From contig REDG01000024.1 of the NCBI GenBank assembly GCA_007693605.1, positions 77,013-141,012 on the forward strand: a stretch of 64,000 bases of DNA, given 5' to 3'. Shown piece by piece: positions 19,048-28,930 of this stretch; positions within the stretch are counted from its first letter, which is position 1, and each line of letters begins with the position of its first letter. The position numbers and the translations under genes are program-made. The stretch is from Bradymonadales bacterium (lineage in GTDB: Bacteria; Bdellovibrionota; UBA2394). The notes below the pieces were generated by a model that saw only the letters and a list, made by a program, of their open reading frames with translations, was not told where the DNA came from and made no database searches.

Positions 19048-19803
19048 ATGAACCGAAAGACAGCAGGAGACATCAAAAGCATGGAGAAGGCGGGACGAAT
19101 GGCCGCTGAAACTCTTCGCTTCGTGGAGAAGTATCTAAAGGCGGGCATCACGACCAACGAGATCAACGATCTAGCCCATGACTTCATCCTGAGAAACTCC
19201 GCCATTCCTGCCTGCCTCAACTATCATGGCTTTCCTCGATCCGTTTGCACATCGGTCAACCATGTGATTTGTCATGGGGTGCCCGACGACACCGCCTTGA
19301 AGGATGGGGACTTGATCAATGTGGATGTCACATGCATCGTAAATGGCTTTCATGGTGACCACTCCAGAAGCTTTTTGATTGGCAATGTGAGTCCGGAAGT
19401 AAAAAAAATCTGTCGGGTAGCTGAAGAGGCCATGTGGAAGGGAATTGAAATTCTGAAGCCGAAAGTGACGACCGGCGACATCGGATACCGAATTGACAAG
19501 TTCACCCAAAAGGAAGGTTATTTTGTTGTTCGAGAGCTGGGAGGGCATGGGATTGGACGGAATTTTCACGAAGAGCCCTTCATCCCTTCCTTTGGAAAGA
19601 AGGGCAAGGGCTTTCCTCTCGCCCCGTGGTGCGCCATCACCATTGAGCCCATGATCAATCAGACCGAAGCCCCGATCAAAGAAATTGATATTCCTGGCTC
19701 CAGCATCAAAGTTTATGAGACCGGAGACGGAAGCCTCTCAGCTCAGTTCGAACACACCGTGCTGATCACAGACACCGGCTACGAGGTTTTGACGCAGGTC
19801 TAG
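19048..19803 (+). CDS. map: Type I methionine aminopeptidase
   Basis: CTSVN.VICHGVP, DVT, GDHSR, GHGIG..FHEEP, IEPM, SAQFEHT; GAGGAG RBS. Confidence 0.95.
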   Translation: MNRKTAGDIKSMEKAGRMAAETLRFVEKYLKAGITTNEINDLAHDFILRNSAIPACLNYHGFPRSVCTSVNHVICHGVPDDTALKDGDLINVDVTCIVNGFHGDHSRSFLIGNVSPEVKKICRVAEEAMWKGIEILKPKVTTGDIGYRIDKFTQKEGYFVVRELGGHGIGRNFHEEPFIPSFGKKGKGFPLAPWCAITIEPMINQTEAPIKEIDIPGSSIKVYETGDGSLSAQFEHTVLITDTGYEVLTQV

Positions 19804-19863
19804 TGTCCAACCGGTAAACTGTTTCCGTGTTGTGCTGAAAAAATTTACCGTTTGGACCACTAG
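19800..19863. repeat. CTAG-bounded palindromic element (REP/MITE-like)
   Basis: CTAGTGTCCAACCGGTAAA (19800-19818) ... TTTACCGTTTGGACCACTAG (19844-19863); the left CTAG contains the map stop codon. Confidence 0.7.
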
Positions 19864-19915
19864 CTTAGACCAGTTTTCTGTTCTGCTCAGAAAGTCTTTT
19901 TGCTAACATAGCGAG

Positions 19916-21097
19916 ATGCGTATTCGATTTCAGTTGCTGTTGGTTTCTATTTCTATCGGTGGGGCCTTTCTCTTCTATGCTTCTTTTGCTTCAGATCAAG
20001 CTGAAATCAGAAAAGAAGAAGTGACGCCTATCATGTATCAGTTTCTGGGCAATGTGATGGCCCTGCAACCGATGATGGTAAATCTTGAGGCCTTCTCGCG
20101 ACCAGAGAGCCAAGACAATATTATTCGTCATCTCAATGAGCTTTACCGCTTAAGTCAGGACTTGAATAAGTACCACCAACTGGATCGCACAAGCTTTGAG
20201 GTTTCAATGGATTATTTGCAACAGAGCATTCGAGAGGCTCGCAATTCTTTTCAGTCGGGCAGTAAAAACTACTCTCGAAGAATGCTCTTATCGAGCCTTA
20301 ACGCCTGCAGCTCGTGCCATGTTCAGGTCAGCGGTGAGGGGCGTGACTGGCAAGTCGATCATGAAAGATTGGCGGGCTCAGCATTTGAGAAAGCTGAGTT
20401 CCTCTACGCCTTACGACACTATCGAGAATCCGAAGTTCTGTATCGACAGATTGTGATGAGTTTCGATTCTAGCGCAAGCCCTCGCTTTGAGCTTGATCGC
20501 GCTCTTGAAAGGATACTCAGCATCAACCTGAGAAGTCAGGTCAACCTAAAGCAAACTCGAGAGATCATTCAGAGTTTTTCGAAGAATCAAAAGCTGCCTA
20601 CATCTGTTCAGGCCTTGTTTAAAAAGTGGCTTCAAGAGCTTCAAGCGCTTGAAAGAAGGAGCCGTCCGAATACCGCAAATATGTCGACAGCCGAATTTGA
20701 AAGCTTTTTGCGGCAACTGCTTCCAGTGGAGAACGCCCGTCAGCTCAGCTCTGAGGAACATATGATCTCAGCACTCTATGCTTCCGGATTGATTTACGAG
20801 TTTGTGAACTCCGGACCTTCAGAACGCATTAGCCCCTTGATCCTCTACTGGCTTGCCACCATTGAAGAGGGCCTTCAAGAAGACTATATTTATTCCATTG
20901 GAGACTTTTACCTTAAAGAGTGTATCACTCGATTTCCGAAATCCGATGTTGCCTCTCTCTGCTATCTCCACCTCGAAGAGAAGCTGATGGCGAGCTTTAC
21001 TGGCTCCCGAGGTGTCCAGGCAGTTCCCCAGGAGCTTCAAGAGGAGCTAAACCAGCTTCGGCAAAGGATACAAGCGGCTCAATCTGATAAAGAATAG
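19916..21097 (+). CDS. Exported monoheme c-type cytochrome with helical/TPR-like repeats
   Basis: Signal peptide, single CSSCH heme-binding motif, helical C-terminal region. Confidence 0.7.
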   Translation: MRIRFQLLLVSISIGGAFLFYASFASDQAEIRKEEVTPIMYQFLGNVMALQPMMVNLEAFSRPESQDNIIRHLNELYRLSQDLNKYHQLDRTSFEVSMDYLQQSIREARNSFQSGSKNYSRRMLLSSLNACSSCHVQVSGEGRDWQVDHERLAGSAFEKAEFLYALRHYRESEVLYRQIVMSFDSSASPRFELDRALERILSINLRSQVNLKQTREIIQSFSKNQKLPTSVQALFKKWLQELQALERRSRPNTANMSTAEFESFLRQLLPVENARQLSSEEHMISALYASGLIYEFVNSGPSERISPLILYWLATIEEGLQEDYIYSIGDFYLKECITRFPKSDVASLCYLHLEEKLMASFTGSRGVQAVPQELQEELNQLRQRIQAAQSDKE

Positions 21098-21152
21098 TAA
21101 ATTCAAATATTTACAAAGCATAATCGCCTTCTAGCCCTATTGACAGACTCGT

Positions 21153-21170
21153 GTTTAAATGTATTTGAAC
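21153..21170. promoter_or_regulatory. Palindromic operator candidate GTTTA-N8-TGAAC (copy 1)
   Basis: GTTTAAATGTATTTGAAC between TTGACA (21140-21145) and ATG 21171; the same pattern occurs at 32921. Confidence 0.5.
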
Positions 21171-21632
21171 ATGAGATACGAGAAGCGATTCCGCAGCGAA
21201 ACTTGGATTCCAAAGCCCGTTGAAGAGGTGTTCAGTTTTTTTTCCGATGCAAAAAATCTTGAGAAAATCACGCCCCCCTTCTTAAATTTCAAAGTGCTAT
21301 CTCAGTCCACCGAAAAAATTCAAGAGGGAACGATCTTTGACTATCAACTAAAAGTAAGAGGAATTCCCCTGAAGTGGCGGTCTCGCATTCAAGACTGGGC
21401 GCGAAATCAGCACTTTGTCGACACTCAACTCAAAGGGCCCTATGCAAAGTGGGTACACCTTCATAAATTCATTTCTGAAGACGGGGGCACCCGAATGATC
21501 GATCAAGTCGACTACGCCTTGCCGCTTGGGCTGCTTGGGCGAATTGCGGCGGGTTGGTATGTCGATCGAGATGTAAAAAAAATTTTTGAGTATCGTGAAA
21601 AGGTCATTCATGACTATTTTGGGAAAGCATGA
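21171..21632 (+). CDS. SRPBCC family protein
   Basis: P.EEVF.FFSD..NL..ITPP, F.D.Q..GPY..W.H.H.F; start at 21159 or 21171. Confidence 0.85.
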   Translation: MRYEKRFRSETWIPKPVEEVFSFFSDAKNLEKITPPFLNFKVLSQSTEKIQEGTIFDYQLKVRGIPLKWRSRIQDWARNQHFVDTQLKGPYAKWVHLHKFISEDGGTRMIDQVDYALPLGLLGRIAAGWYVDRDVKKIFEYREKVIHDYFGKA

Positions 21633-23023
21633 GCCTTTGCGTTGTTTGGCTGAGAAGAGATTTGAGACTAGATGATCATCCGGCCCTCAACGCTGCAAGC
21701 AAGACCAAGCTTCCCGTCATCTGTCTTTATGTCTTAGAAGAAGGGCCAAACGCAGACTGGGCCCCAGGCTCGGCCACCAAGGTCTGGCTAGATCACTCGC
21801 TCAAATCCTTTTCGAAAGAACTTGAAGCCTTGAATCAAAAATTAATCATTCGAAAAGGTGAGGCAAAGCGAGTACTAAAGGAGTTTTGCCAAGAGCTAAA
21901 GGTTGAGAAAGTATTTTGGAACGAACGCTATGAGCCAAATGACAGAAAAATTGATGATCAGGTCTTCGAGGAGCTCTCTGACTTGGGGGTCCATTGTCGG
22001 CGATTGCAAGGGGATGTCATTCTATCACCAGAGCTTTTGAAGACTTCTCAAGAGAAACCCTATCAGGTCTTCACTCCATTTTTCAGAGCCTTTCTGCAGA
22101 ATCCGCATCGACAAGATCCCTGCCCGAGAGTGAGTGAATTGCCACGGCCACGCCTGTTTCCTTCGAGCCTAGCCTTAGAGAGCCTAGACTTGCTACCCGC
22201 TCACCCTTGGGCAGAGAGGCTCATTGAGAACTGGAGGCCAGGAATTGACGGAGCTCGAAGCCAGCTCAAAGATTTTCAGAAGTCCGCAATAGGCAACTAT
22301 TCAAGAGATAGAGACTTTCCCGCAGTCCGCGGAACTGCTCGACTGTCGCCCTATCTCCACTTCGGAGAGATCAGCCCCCGAAGGCTTTGGAGTCATATAC
22401 AAAAGACAATGGGAAAGAGAAAGGGTCCGGAGCTTTTTCTAAGAGAACTTGGTTGGCGAGAGTTTGCTCACTACCTCTTGTTTCACTTTCCCAGCCTTCC
22501 GAACGAGAACCTGAAAGGAGAGTTTGATCATTTTCCTTGGAGATCCCCACAAGAGTCTGCCTCTGACTTGAGCGCCTGGCAGAAGGGAGAAACAGGCTAC
22601 CCGATCATCGATGCCGGAATGAGAGAGTTGTGGCAGACGGGGTGGATGCACAATCGTGTGAGAATGATTGTGGCCTCCTTCTTAGTGAAGCATCTGAGAA
22701 TTCACTGGCTGGAGGGAGCCAAGTGGTTTTGGGATACGCTTGTCGATGCAAACTTAGGAAATAACACTTTAGGTTGGCAATGGGCTGCTGGAACGGGCCC
22801 AGATGCCGCCCCCTACTTCAGAATATTCAATCCGATTCTTCAAAGTAAAAAGTTTGATCCGAAGGGAGAGTACATTAAAAAGTGGTTGCCAGAGTATACG
22901 GACTGGGAGCCCTCGAAAATTCATGAGCCGTGGCTTTACGGCAATGCCGATCCGATCATTGACCACCAAGAAGCCAGAAAACAAGCGCTTGACGCTTACG
23001 AAAAGATTAAGAAGGCTGGCTAG
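21629..23023 (+). CDS. phr: Deoxyribodipyrimidine (CPD) photolyase
   Basis: WLRRDLRLDDHPAL, LSPYLHFGEISPR, WREF, TGYPIIDAGMRELWQTGWMHNRVRM, DAAPYFRIFNP. Confidence 0.95.
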   Translation: MSLCVVWLRRDLRLDDHPALNAASKTKLPVICLYVLEEGPNADWAPGSATKVWLDHSLKSFSKELEALNQKLIIRKGEAKRVLKEFCQELKVEKVFWNERYEPNDRKIDDQVFEELSDLGVHCRRLQGDVILSPELLKTSQEKPYQVFTPFFRAFLQNPHRQDPCPRVSELPRPRLFPSSLALESLDLLPAHPWAERLIENWRPGIDGARSQLKDFQKSAIGNYSRDRDFPAVRGTARLSPYLHFGEISPRRLWSHIQKTMGKRKGPELFLRELGWREFAHYLLFHFPSLPNENLKGEFDHFPWRSPQESASDLSAWQKGETGYPIIDAGMRELWQTGWMHNRVRMIVASFLVKHLRIHWLEGAKWFWDTLVDANLGNNTLGWQWAAGTGPDAAPYFRIFNPILQSKKFDPKGEYIKKWLPEYTDWEPSKIHEPWLYGNADPIIDHQEARKQALDAYEKIKKAG

Positions 23024-23437
23024 TTGATTTTACTCCTACACTTCGCAAGCTGCTGGACGATGGTCGGATTGATCTGGTTCGTGCAGATGGTCCACTACCC
23101 CAGCTTCTTGCAAATCAGCCGAGAGCAAGCGACTTCGTTTCATAAACTTCATATGCGAAGAACAAGCATGGTGGTGGCCCCTATCATGCTCTGCGAGCTT
23201 GTCACTGGACTGCTGTTGGTTTGGCTGCAGATTGGCCCCGTGAGTACTATGAACTTGATTGGGCTTGTGGGCATTTGGCTCTCGACAGCACTCATTCAAG
23301 TTCCACTTCATCGTCAGATTGAGCTCGGCTGGTCTTCAAGTGACATAAAAAAGCTCATTCTGAGCAACTGGATTCGCACCAGCCTTTGGTCGGCAAGAGG
23401 AATTTTGCTTCTGAGCGCTTTGATTTTTGGGCTCTGA
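23024..23437 (+). CDS. Small 4-TM membrane protein often found near photolyase genes
   Basis: GLIWFVQ.VHYP.F, QVPLH, NWIRT.LW pattern; abuts the phr stop. Confidence 0.7.
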   Translation: MILLLHFASCWTMVGLIWFVQMVHYPSFLQISREQATSFHKLHMRRTSMVVAPIMLCELVTGLLLVWLQIGPVSTMNLIGLVGIWLSTALIQVPLHRQIELGWSSSDIKKLILSNWIRTSLWSARGILLLSALIFGL

Positions 23438-23507
23438 GGGCCTTAGCAGAAAAACCAAGCCTGAATTCTTAGACATTCGAGTTCGATGGGCTAGGCTAGG
23501 GGGCGAG

Positions 23508-25286
23508 ATGTGTGGAATCGCCGGAGAAATACGCTTTGATGGCCGAAATCCTTCGCTCCAGTCTTTATCTCGAGCTCTTGAAAGAATGCGGTCTCGAGGT
23601 CCAGACTCAGAGGGAGTCGTCGAGCGGGCATCTGTCGCTCTTGGGCATCGCCGCCTGAAAATCATTGATTTCTCTGAAAACGCGCACCAACCCATGGTCG
23701 ACAACGAACTTGGGCTAAGCATCGTCTTTAACGGCTGCATCTATAACTACAAAGAACTTCGCAAGGAGCTTCAAGGCCAGGGCTATCGATTTTTTTCTTC
23801 AGGAGATACCGAGGTCATTTTGAAGGCCTTTCATGCCTGGGGCAAAGACTGCGTTCAGCGCTTTCATGGAATGTTTGCTTTCGGAATACTTCAGCATGAG
23901 TCCGGAAAGCTGGCTTTGTTTCGTGATCGCCTTGGCATTAAGCCCCTCTATTATGCGGAGTTAAGTGGGGGGCTCGTCTTTGGATCTCAGCTTACCGCTC
24001 TTTTGGAGTATGAGGGAATCGATCGGTCAGTGGATCCAGAAGCCCTTCAGTTTTATATGACTCTCCATTCGATCGTCCCTCCACCCTGGACGATACTACA
24101 AGGCATTCGAAAGCTCCCGCCCGCAAGCTGGATGGAAATCGATCGAAAGGGAAGCGTTCGAATCCAAAATTACTGGGAACTCCGGTCAGAGACTTCAACA
24201 GAGAAAAAGAATTGGAGCTTTGACGATTGGAAGTTTGGCCTAGAAGACAAACTAACTCGGGCGGTAGAGCGAAGAACTGTCGCCGATGTGCCTGTCGGGG
24301 TGCTACTGTCTGGAGGCCTAGACTCCAGCCTGGTCGTCGGCTTGCTTTCAAAGATTGGGCAAAGCAGCATCAACACCTTCTCTATCGGATTTGAAGCGAC
24401 ACAAGAGGAAGAAGGAAATGAGTTTCGATACTCTGATGTGATTGCGAAGGCCTTTTCAACTCAACATCACAAAATTCAAATTGATGGCGAAAAACTTCTT
24501 TCTCAACTTCCTGGCTGCATCGAAGCCATGTCAGAACCTATGGTGAGTCATGACAATATCGGCTTCTATCTTCTTTCTAGAGAAGTCTCAAAACATGTCA
24601 AAGTCGTGCAGAGCGGGCAAGGAGCAGACGAGGTCTTTGCGGGTTACCACTGGTATCCGCCAATGATGGAACCCGGCGCTCAGTTCAAGAGGTATCAAGA
24701 ACTTTTCTTTGATCGTGATCGGTCCGAGCTGCAAGACTGTCTTCAGGCTGAGGGTGCTGCCACCGGAATCGTGGACGACTTTGTTAGGGCTCACTATGAG
24801 AAACCCGGTGCTAAAAGCCCCATTGATCGGGTGCTTCGCATTGACACCACCCTCATGCTGATCGATGACCCAGTAAAGCGAGTAGACAATATGACCATGG
24901 CCTCGGGCCTGGAGGCTCGGGTCCCCTTTTTGGATCATGAACTTGTGGAATTCGCCAGTGAAATGCCGGCAGAGTATAAAGTCAAGGAGGGTGGAAAGTT
25001 CATTTTGAAGGAAGTCGCAAGAAAATTCATTCCTAATGAAGTGATTGATCGTCCGAAGGGCTACTTTCCAGTGCCTCAATTGAAGTATTTAAGGGGCGCA
25101 TCTTTGGAGTTCGTCAAAGAGATCCTCAATGATCCCTCAACACAGAACCGAGCGCTCTTTAAGGATTCCTATATTCAGAAACTTTTACAGAACCCAGAGA
25201 GTCATATTACTCCACTTCGCGGATCAAAGCTCTGGCAGATCGCCCTGCTGGAACTTTGGCTGAACACCCATCTGAAAGGTCTATGA
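23508..25286 (+). CDS. asnO: N-acetylglutaminylglutamine amidotransferase (asparagine synthase-like; NAGGN synthesis)
   Basis: Ntn start MCGIAG at 23508, GHRRL, FNGCIYNY, LSGGLDSS, SGQGADE.FAGYHWY, DDPVKRVDNMTMA; followed by the GNAT/ATP-grasp and M42 genes. Confidence 0.9.
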   Translation: MCGIAGEIRFDGRNPSLQSLSRALERMRSRGPDSEGVVERASVALGHRRLKIIDFSENAHQPMVDNELGLSIVFNGCIYNYKELRKELQGQGYRFFSSGDTEVILKAFHAWGKDCVQRFHGMFAFGILQHESGKLALFRDRLGIKPLYYAELSGGLVFGSQLTALLEYEGIDRSVDPEALQFYMTLHSIVPPPWTILQGIRKLPPASWMEIDRKGSVRIQNYWELRSETSTEKKNWSFDDWKFGLEDKLTRAVERRTVADVPVGVLLSGGLDSSLVVGLLSKIGQSSINTFSIGFEATQEEEGNEFRYSDVIAKAFSTQHHKIQIDGEKLLSQLPGCIEAMSEPMVSHDNIGFYLLSREVSKHVKVVQSGQGADEVFAGYHWYPPMMEPGAQFKRYQELFFDRDRSELQDCLQAEGAATGIVDDFVRAHYEKPGAKSPIDRVLRIDTTLMLIDDPVKRVDNMTMASGLEARVPFLDHELVEFASEMPAEYKVKEGGKFILKEVARKFIPNEVIDRPKGYFPVPQLKYLRGASLEFVKEILNDPSTQNRALFKDSYIQKLLQNPESHITPLRGSKLWQIALLELWLNTHLKGL

Positions 25287-25296
25287 GGAGAAGCCA

Positions 25297-27036
25297 TTGA
25301 GAAAGCCAAGCCCTCGAAAACACAAGCAACCCGATCTTTACACAAGCTCTCAGAGCTGGAAAAAACCTCGGGCGAGCTATACCTCAAAGCTTCTTAAGAA
25401 TGCCGTGATCGACTGTGGCTGGGGACAACTTCTGTTCGGGCAGACCTTTGAATCTCAACAACAGCTTGCCGAAAGTCTTTGTAAAGAGTCGAAGGGTCGT
25501 CGAAACATTGCGCTCTATCTTAGAGACCCTCATGTCATTTTAAATCTTGCGCCCTTAGAACTCTTTTTGGACCCTTCTCACAGCTTTCGGATGCGCTTTG
25601 AAAATTATCGACCAAGCAAGAACAGACCTAAAGGCTTTAGTATCCGCCGAGTCAAGAATGCAGCGGATTTCAAGGCCATCAATAAGATCTACAAAAAGCG
25701 CCAGATGGTTCCGATAAACCTTCAGGCTGTGAAAGAGGATTTTCGTTCACGGGTCAAGACCTGGCTCGTCGTCCAAGAGAATCATTCTAAGAAGATCATT
25801 GGTAGCGTTCTCGGAGTCGATCATGTCAGAGCTTTTAAAGATCCAGAGGGAGGCTCAAGCCTGTGGAGTCTAGCTGTTGATCCAGACACGCATTGCTTAG
25901 GAATCGGTGAAGCCTTAGTGAGATATCTTATAGAGCATTACCAAGCAAGGGGCCGGTCTTATATGGACCTGTCCGTTATGCACAATAACAGTCAAGCGAT
26001 CGCTCTTTATGAAAAGCTTGGCTTTGAACGAGTGCCCGTATTCTGCGTAAAACACAAGAATGCTATCAATGAACCCCTCTTCACAGCGCCGATGGAAGAA
26101 GAGGAGAAAAAGTTGAACGCCTACGCAAAGATCATTGTGCAGGAAGCACGACGACGAGGGGTCGTGGTAAAAGTCTCCAGTGCAGAGCGCTCCTTGTTTC
26201 AGCTCAGCTTCGGCGGTAGACACATCCACTGCCAGGAGTCGTTGACAGAAATGACTTCGGCCATCTCTTACCTTTATTGTGCCGACAAGAGCTTAACGAA
26301 TAGAATTTTGCAAGAACACGGACTTCAAGTCCCCGATCAAATCGAAGTCCAGACCGATCAGCAGGTTCGTGACTTTGTGAAGAAGTTTTCTCGTGTCGTG
26401 GTGAAGCCCGTAGACTCTGAACAGGGCAGGGGCGTCAGTGTAGACCTGAGAAGCTTCACACAAGTCAAAGAGGCGATTCAGAAAGCCAGAAAGTTTTCAC
26501 AAAGAGTTTTGGTTGAGGAGTTTAGAGAGGGTCAGGACCTTCGAGTGGTGGTGATTGATTACAAGACGGTCGCTGCATCTTTAAGAGTCCCCCCCCGCAT
26601 TCTAGGGACCGGATCGCACAGCATACGGCAGCTCATTGAAAAGAGAAATCGGCGAACCATTGCGGCCACGGGCGGAGAAAGCAAAGTCCCTCTCGATGAA
26701 GAAACTGAGAGATGCCTGCGACAGGCCGGTTGGAGCTATACTGACATTCTGCCCGAGGCTGAAGAGCTGGAAGTTCGAAAAACAGCGAACCTCCACACTG
26801 GCGGAAGTATGATCGATGTCACAGACCAGATTTCGAAGGACTTGAAGCTGGCTGCAGAGAAAGCGGCTAAGGCCCTGTTTGTTCCCGTCGTGGGGCTAGA
26901 TTTTTTGATTGAGAGCGTTGACTCTTCGGACTATGTCATCGTGGAAGCAAACGAAAGGCCCGGATTGGCGAATCATGAACCCCAACCCACGGCAGAACGA
27001 TTTATTGACCTTCTCTTTCCGCAGACAAAAGTCTAA
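25297..27036 (+). CDS. ngg: N-acetylglutaminylglutamine synthetase (GNAT + ATP-grasp)
   Basis: DCGWGQLLFGQTF, GSSLWSLAVDP, DLSVMHNN, VVKP..SEQGRGV, ANLHTGG, EANERPGLANHEPQPTAERF. Confidence 0.9.
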   Translation: MRKPSPRKHKQPDLYTSSQSWKKPRASYTSKLLKNAVIDCGWGQLLFGQTFESQQQLAESLCKESKGRRNIALYLRDPHVILNLAPLELFLDPSHSFRMRFENYRPSKNRPKGFSIRRVKNAADFKAINKIYKKRQMVPINLQAVKEDFRSRVKTWLVVQENHSKKIIGSVLGVDHVRAFKDPEGGSSLWSLAVDPDTHCLGIGEALVRYLIEHYQARGRSYMDLSVMHNNSQAIALYEKLGFERVPVFCVKHKNAINEPLFTAPMEEEEKKLNAYAKIIVQEARRRGVVVKVSSAERSLFQLSFGGRHIHCQESLTEMTSAISYLYCADKSLTNRILQEHGLQVPDQIEVQTDQQVRDFVKKFSRVVVKPVDSEQGRGVSVDLRSFTQVKEAIQKARKFSQRVLVEEFREGQDLRVVVIDYKTVAASLRVPPRILGTGSHSIRQLIEKRNRRTIAATGGESKVPLDEETERCLRQAGWSYTDILPEAEELEVRKTANLHTGGSMIDVTDQISKDLKLAAEKAAKALFVPVVGLDFLIESVDSSDYVIVEANERPGLANHEPQPTAERFIDLLFPQTKV

Positions 27037-27056
27037 AAATTTGTTCAAATGTTGGC

Positions 27057-28184
27057 ATGAATAAGATCAAAGTTGACGAACCCTATTTGGTAGAACTTTT
27101 GAAGAATCTTTTGAAGATTCCAAGTCCGGCTGGCTATACAGATTCAATTGTCCATTTTGTGGGGGAAGAACTTAGAAATCTGAAGATTCCTTTTGATGTC
27201 ACTCGGCGAGGGGCCATTCGAGCGGACATTATGGGAAAGCAGACCAGCCCCGACCGAGCGATTGTGGCGCATCTCGACACTCTAGGGGCGATGGTGCGAA
27301 GCCTAAAGGAAAATGGGCGAATGAGTATTGCACCTATTGGTCATTGGTCTGCCCGATTTGCGGAAGGAGCGAAAGCCACCATTTTCAAAGACGGCAATGA
27401 AAATAGTCGCGGGACGATCTTGCCTCTGAAGGCCTCGGGTCATGTATTCAATGAAGAAATCGACACTCAGCCCGTCGGCTGGGATCATATCGAGCTTCGG
27501 CCCGATCAAGAGGCTAGCAGTCGAGAAGATCTTGAAAGACTGGGTTATCATATCGGAGATTTCGTGGCGATTGACCCAGATAGTGAGTTCAATCCCAATG
27601 GTTATATTAACTCGAGACATCTCGACAATAAGGCGGGGGTCGCACTTCTGTTGGCTGCCGCAAAATCGATCATTGAATCAAAAATTGAGCTGCCCGTAGA
27701 TTGTCATCTGCTTTTCACGATCTCAGAAGAGGTCGGCTCTGGAGCTTCAGCCGTACTCCATCAAGATGTGGCGGAGATGGTGAGTATTGACAACTCAACG
27801 CCGGCTCCGGGTCAAAACTCAATTGAAGAAGGCGTGACCATCGCCATGATGGATTCAACCGGGCCCTTTGATTATCACTTAACCCACAAGCTGATTAAGA
27901 TTTGTGAGGCAAATGAGATTCCTCATGCCCGAGATGTTTTTCGATACTACCGTTGCGATGCGGCCTCAGCCGTCGAAGCTGGAAACGATTTAAGAACCGC
28001 CCTTGTGTGTTTTGGATGTGACGCCTCTCATGGCTATGAGAGAACTCACATCAAAAGCTTAAGTGCACTGGCTCAGCTTTTGGCGCTATATATGCAAAGC
28101 CAACCGACCTTTCAGAGAGATCGTGATCCTTTGGCGCCTCTGCCTGGATTCTCGACTCAACCAGTTGAAAAGTTTAAACTTTGA
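27057..28184 (+). CDS. M42 family peptidase of the NAGGN cluster
   Basis: AHLDTLG, SRHLDNKAG, SEEVG, DASHGYERTH; canonical third gene of the cluster. Confidence 0.9.
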   Translation: MNKIKVDEPYLVELLKNLLKIPSPAGYTDSIVHFVGEELRNLKIPFDVTRRGAIRADIMGKQTSPDRAIVAHLDTLGAMVRSLKENGRMSIAPIGHWSARFAEGAKATIFKDGNENSRGTILPLKASGHVFNEEIDTQPVGWDHIELRPDQEASSREDLERLGYHIGDFVAIDPDSEFNPNGYINSRHLDNKAGVALLLAAAKSIIESKIELPVDCHLLFTISEEVGSGASAVLHQDVAEMVSIDNSTPAPGQNSIEEGVTIAMMDSTGPFDYHLTHKLIKICEANEIPHARDVFRYYRCDAASAVEAGNDLRTALVCFGCDASHGYERTHIKSLSALAQLLALYMQSQPTFQRDRDPLAPLPGFSTQPVEKFKL

Positions 28185-28930
28185 ACAGAGTCGAAAGTCT
28201 TATTTTAGGAGCGGGATACACAGGAAGTCGTCTCGAGATGGCTTTAGAGTCTTCGAAAGCGACCCGAAGGCAAGCTCGGCCTCAATGCCTTGAATTTGAT
28301 TATGACCGCAAGGAAAGCTGGAAAAATCTTCCCCCCTCTGAAACCTGCTTCTGGACATTTCCGGCTCAGACTCAGAACTTGAAAGACTTTAGCGAACTCA
28401 TTTTCTCTAGAGCAAAGACTATCGTGATTGTGAGTAGTACAGGATTCTTTCTAACGACCGAAAAAGATGAAGTGGTGAATGAAGAGTCTAAGCTGGACAC
28501 CTCCCAAGATAGAGTTCAAGCAGAGGAGTTTCTTCGAGAGAGGGGAGCCATTGTCGTGCATGCGGCAGGAATTTACGGCCCCAATAGAAGCCCCCTTGAT
28601 TGGCTTGTCACGGGTCGCGTGGGTTGGAGCGAGAATTTTTTGAATCTCATTCATGTCGATGACTTGGTAAGCGTTCTAATTCAAGCCTCGAGATTGTCAG
28701 GAAAATCAGAGAGATGGATTGCCAGTGACGGCCAGCCAAAACGATGGTCTGAACTCATTTTAGAATGGCAAAAGAAATACGGCATTGGAGAAATCAAAGA
28801 AAAAACAGGACGACGCCCATCCAAACGGGTTGATCCCAGTAGAACGCTCTCGACTCTTCAAATCAAGCTCAAATACCCCAGCGTCTATGAAGGGGTCGAT
28901 GCGATGCGCGGATCTTCCCTCTCAAATTGA
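28181..28930 (+). CDS. Atypical SDR / NAD-dependent epimerase-like protein
   Basis: ILGAGYTG, AGIYGP, NLIHVDDL. Confidence 0.8.
   Translation: MNRVESLILGAGYTGSRLEMALESSKATRRQARPQCLEFDYDRKESWKNLPPSETCFWTFPAQTQNLKDFSELIFSRAKTIVIVSSTGFFLTTEKDEVVNEESKLDTSQDRVQAEEFLRERGAIVVHAAGIYGPNRSPLDWLVTGRVGWSENFLNLIHVDDLVSVLIQASRLSGKSERWIASDGQPKRWSELILEWQKKYGIGEIKEKTGRRPSKRVDPSRTLSTLQIKLKYPSVYEGVDAMRGSSLSN

Noticed and set aside
23427..23507. Upstream start for the amidotransferase
   Set aside because: Ntn amidotransferases need Cys at position 2, so the start is MCGIAG at 23508.
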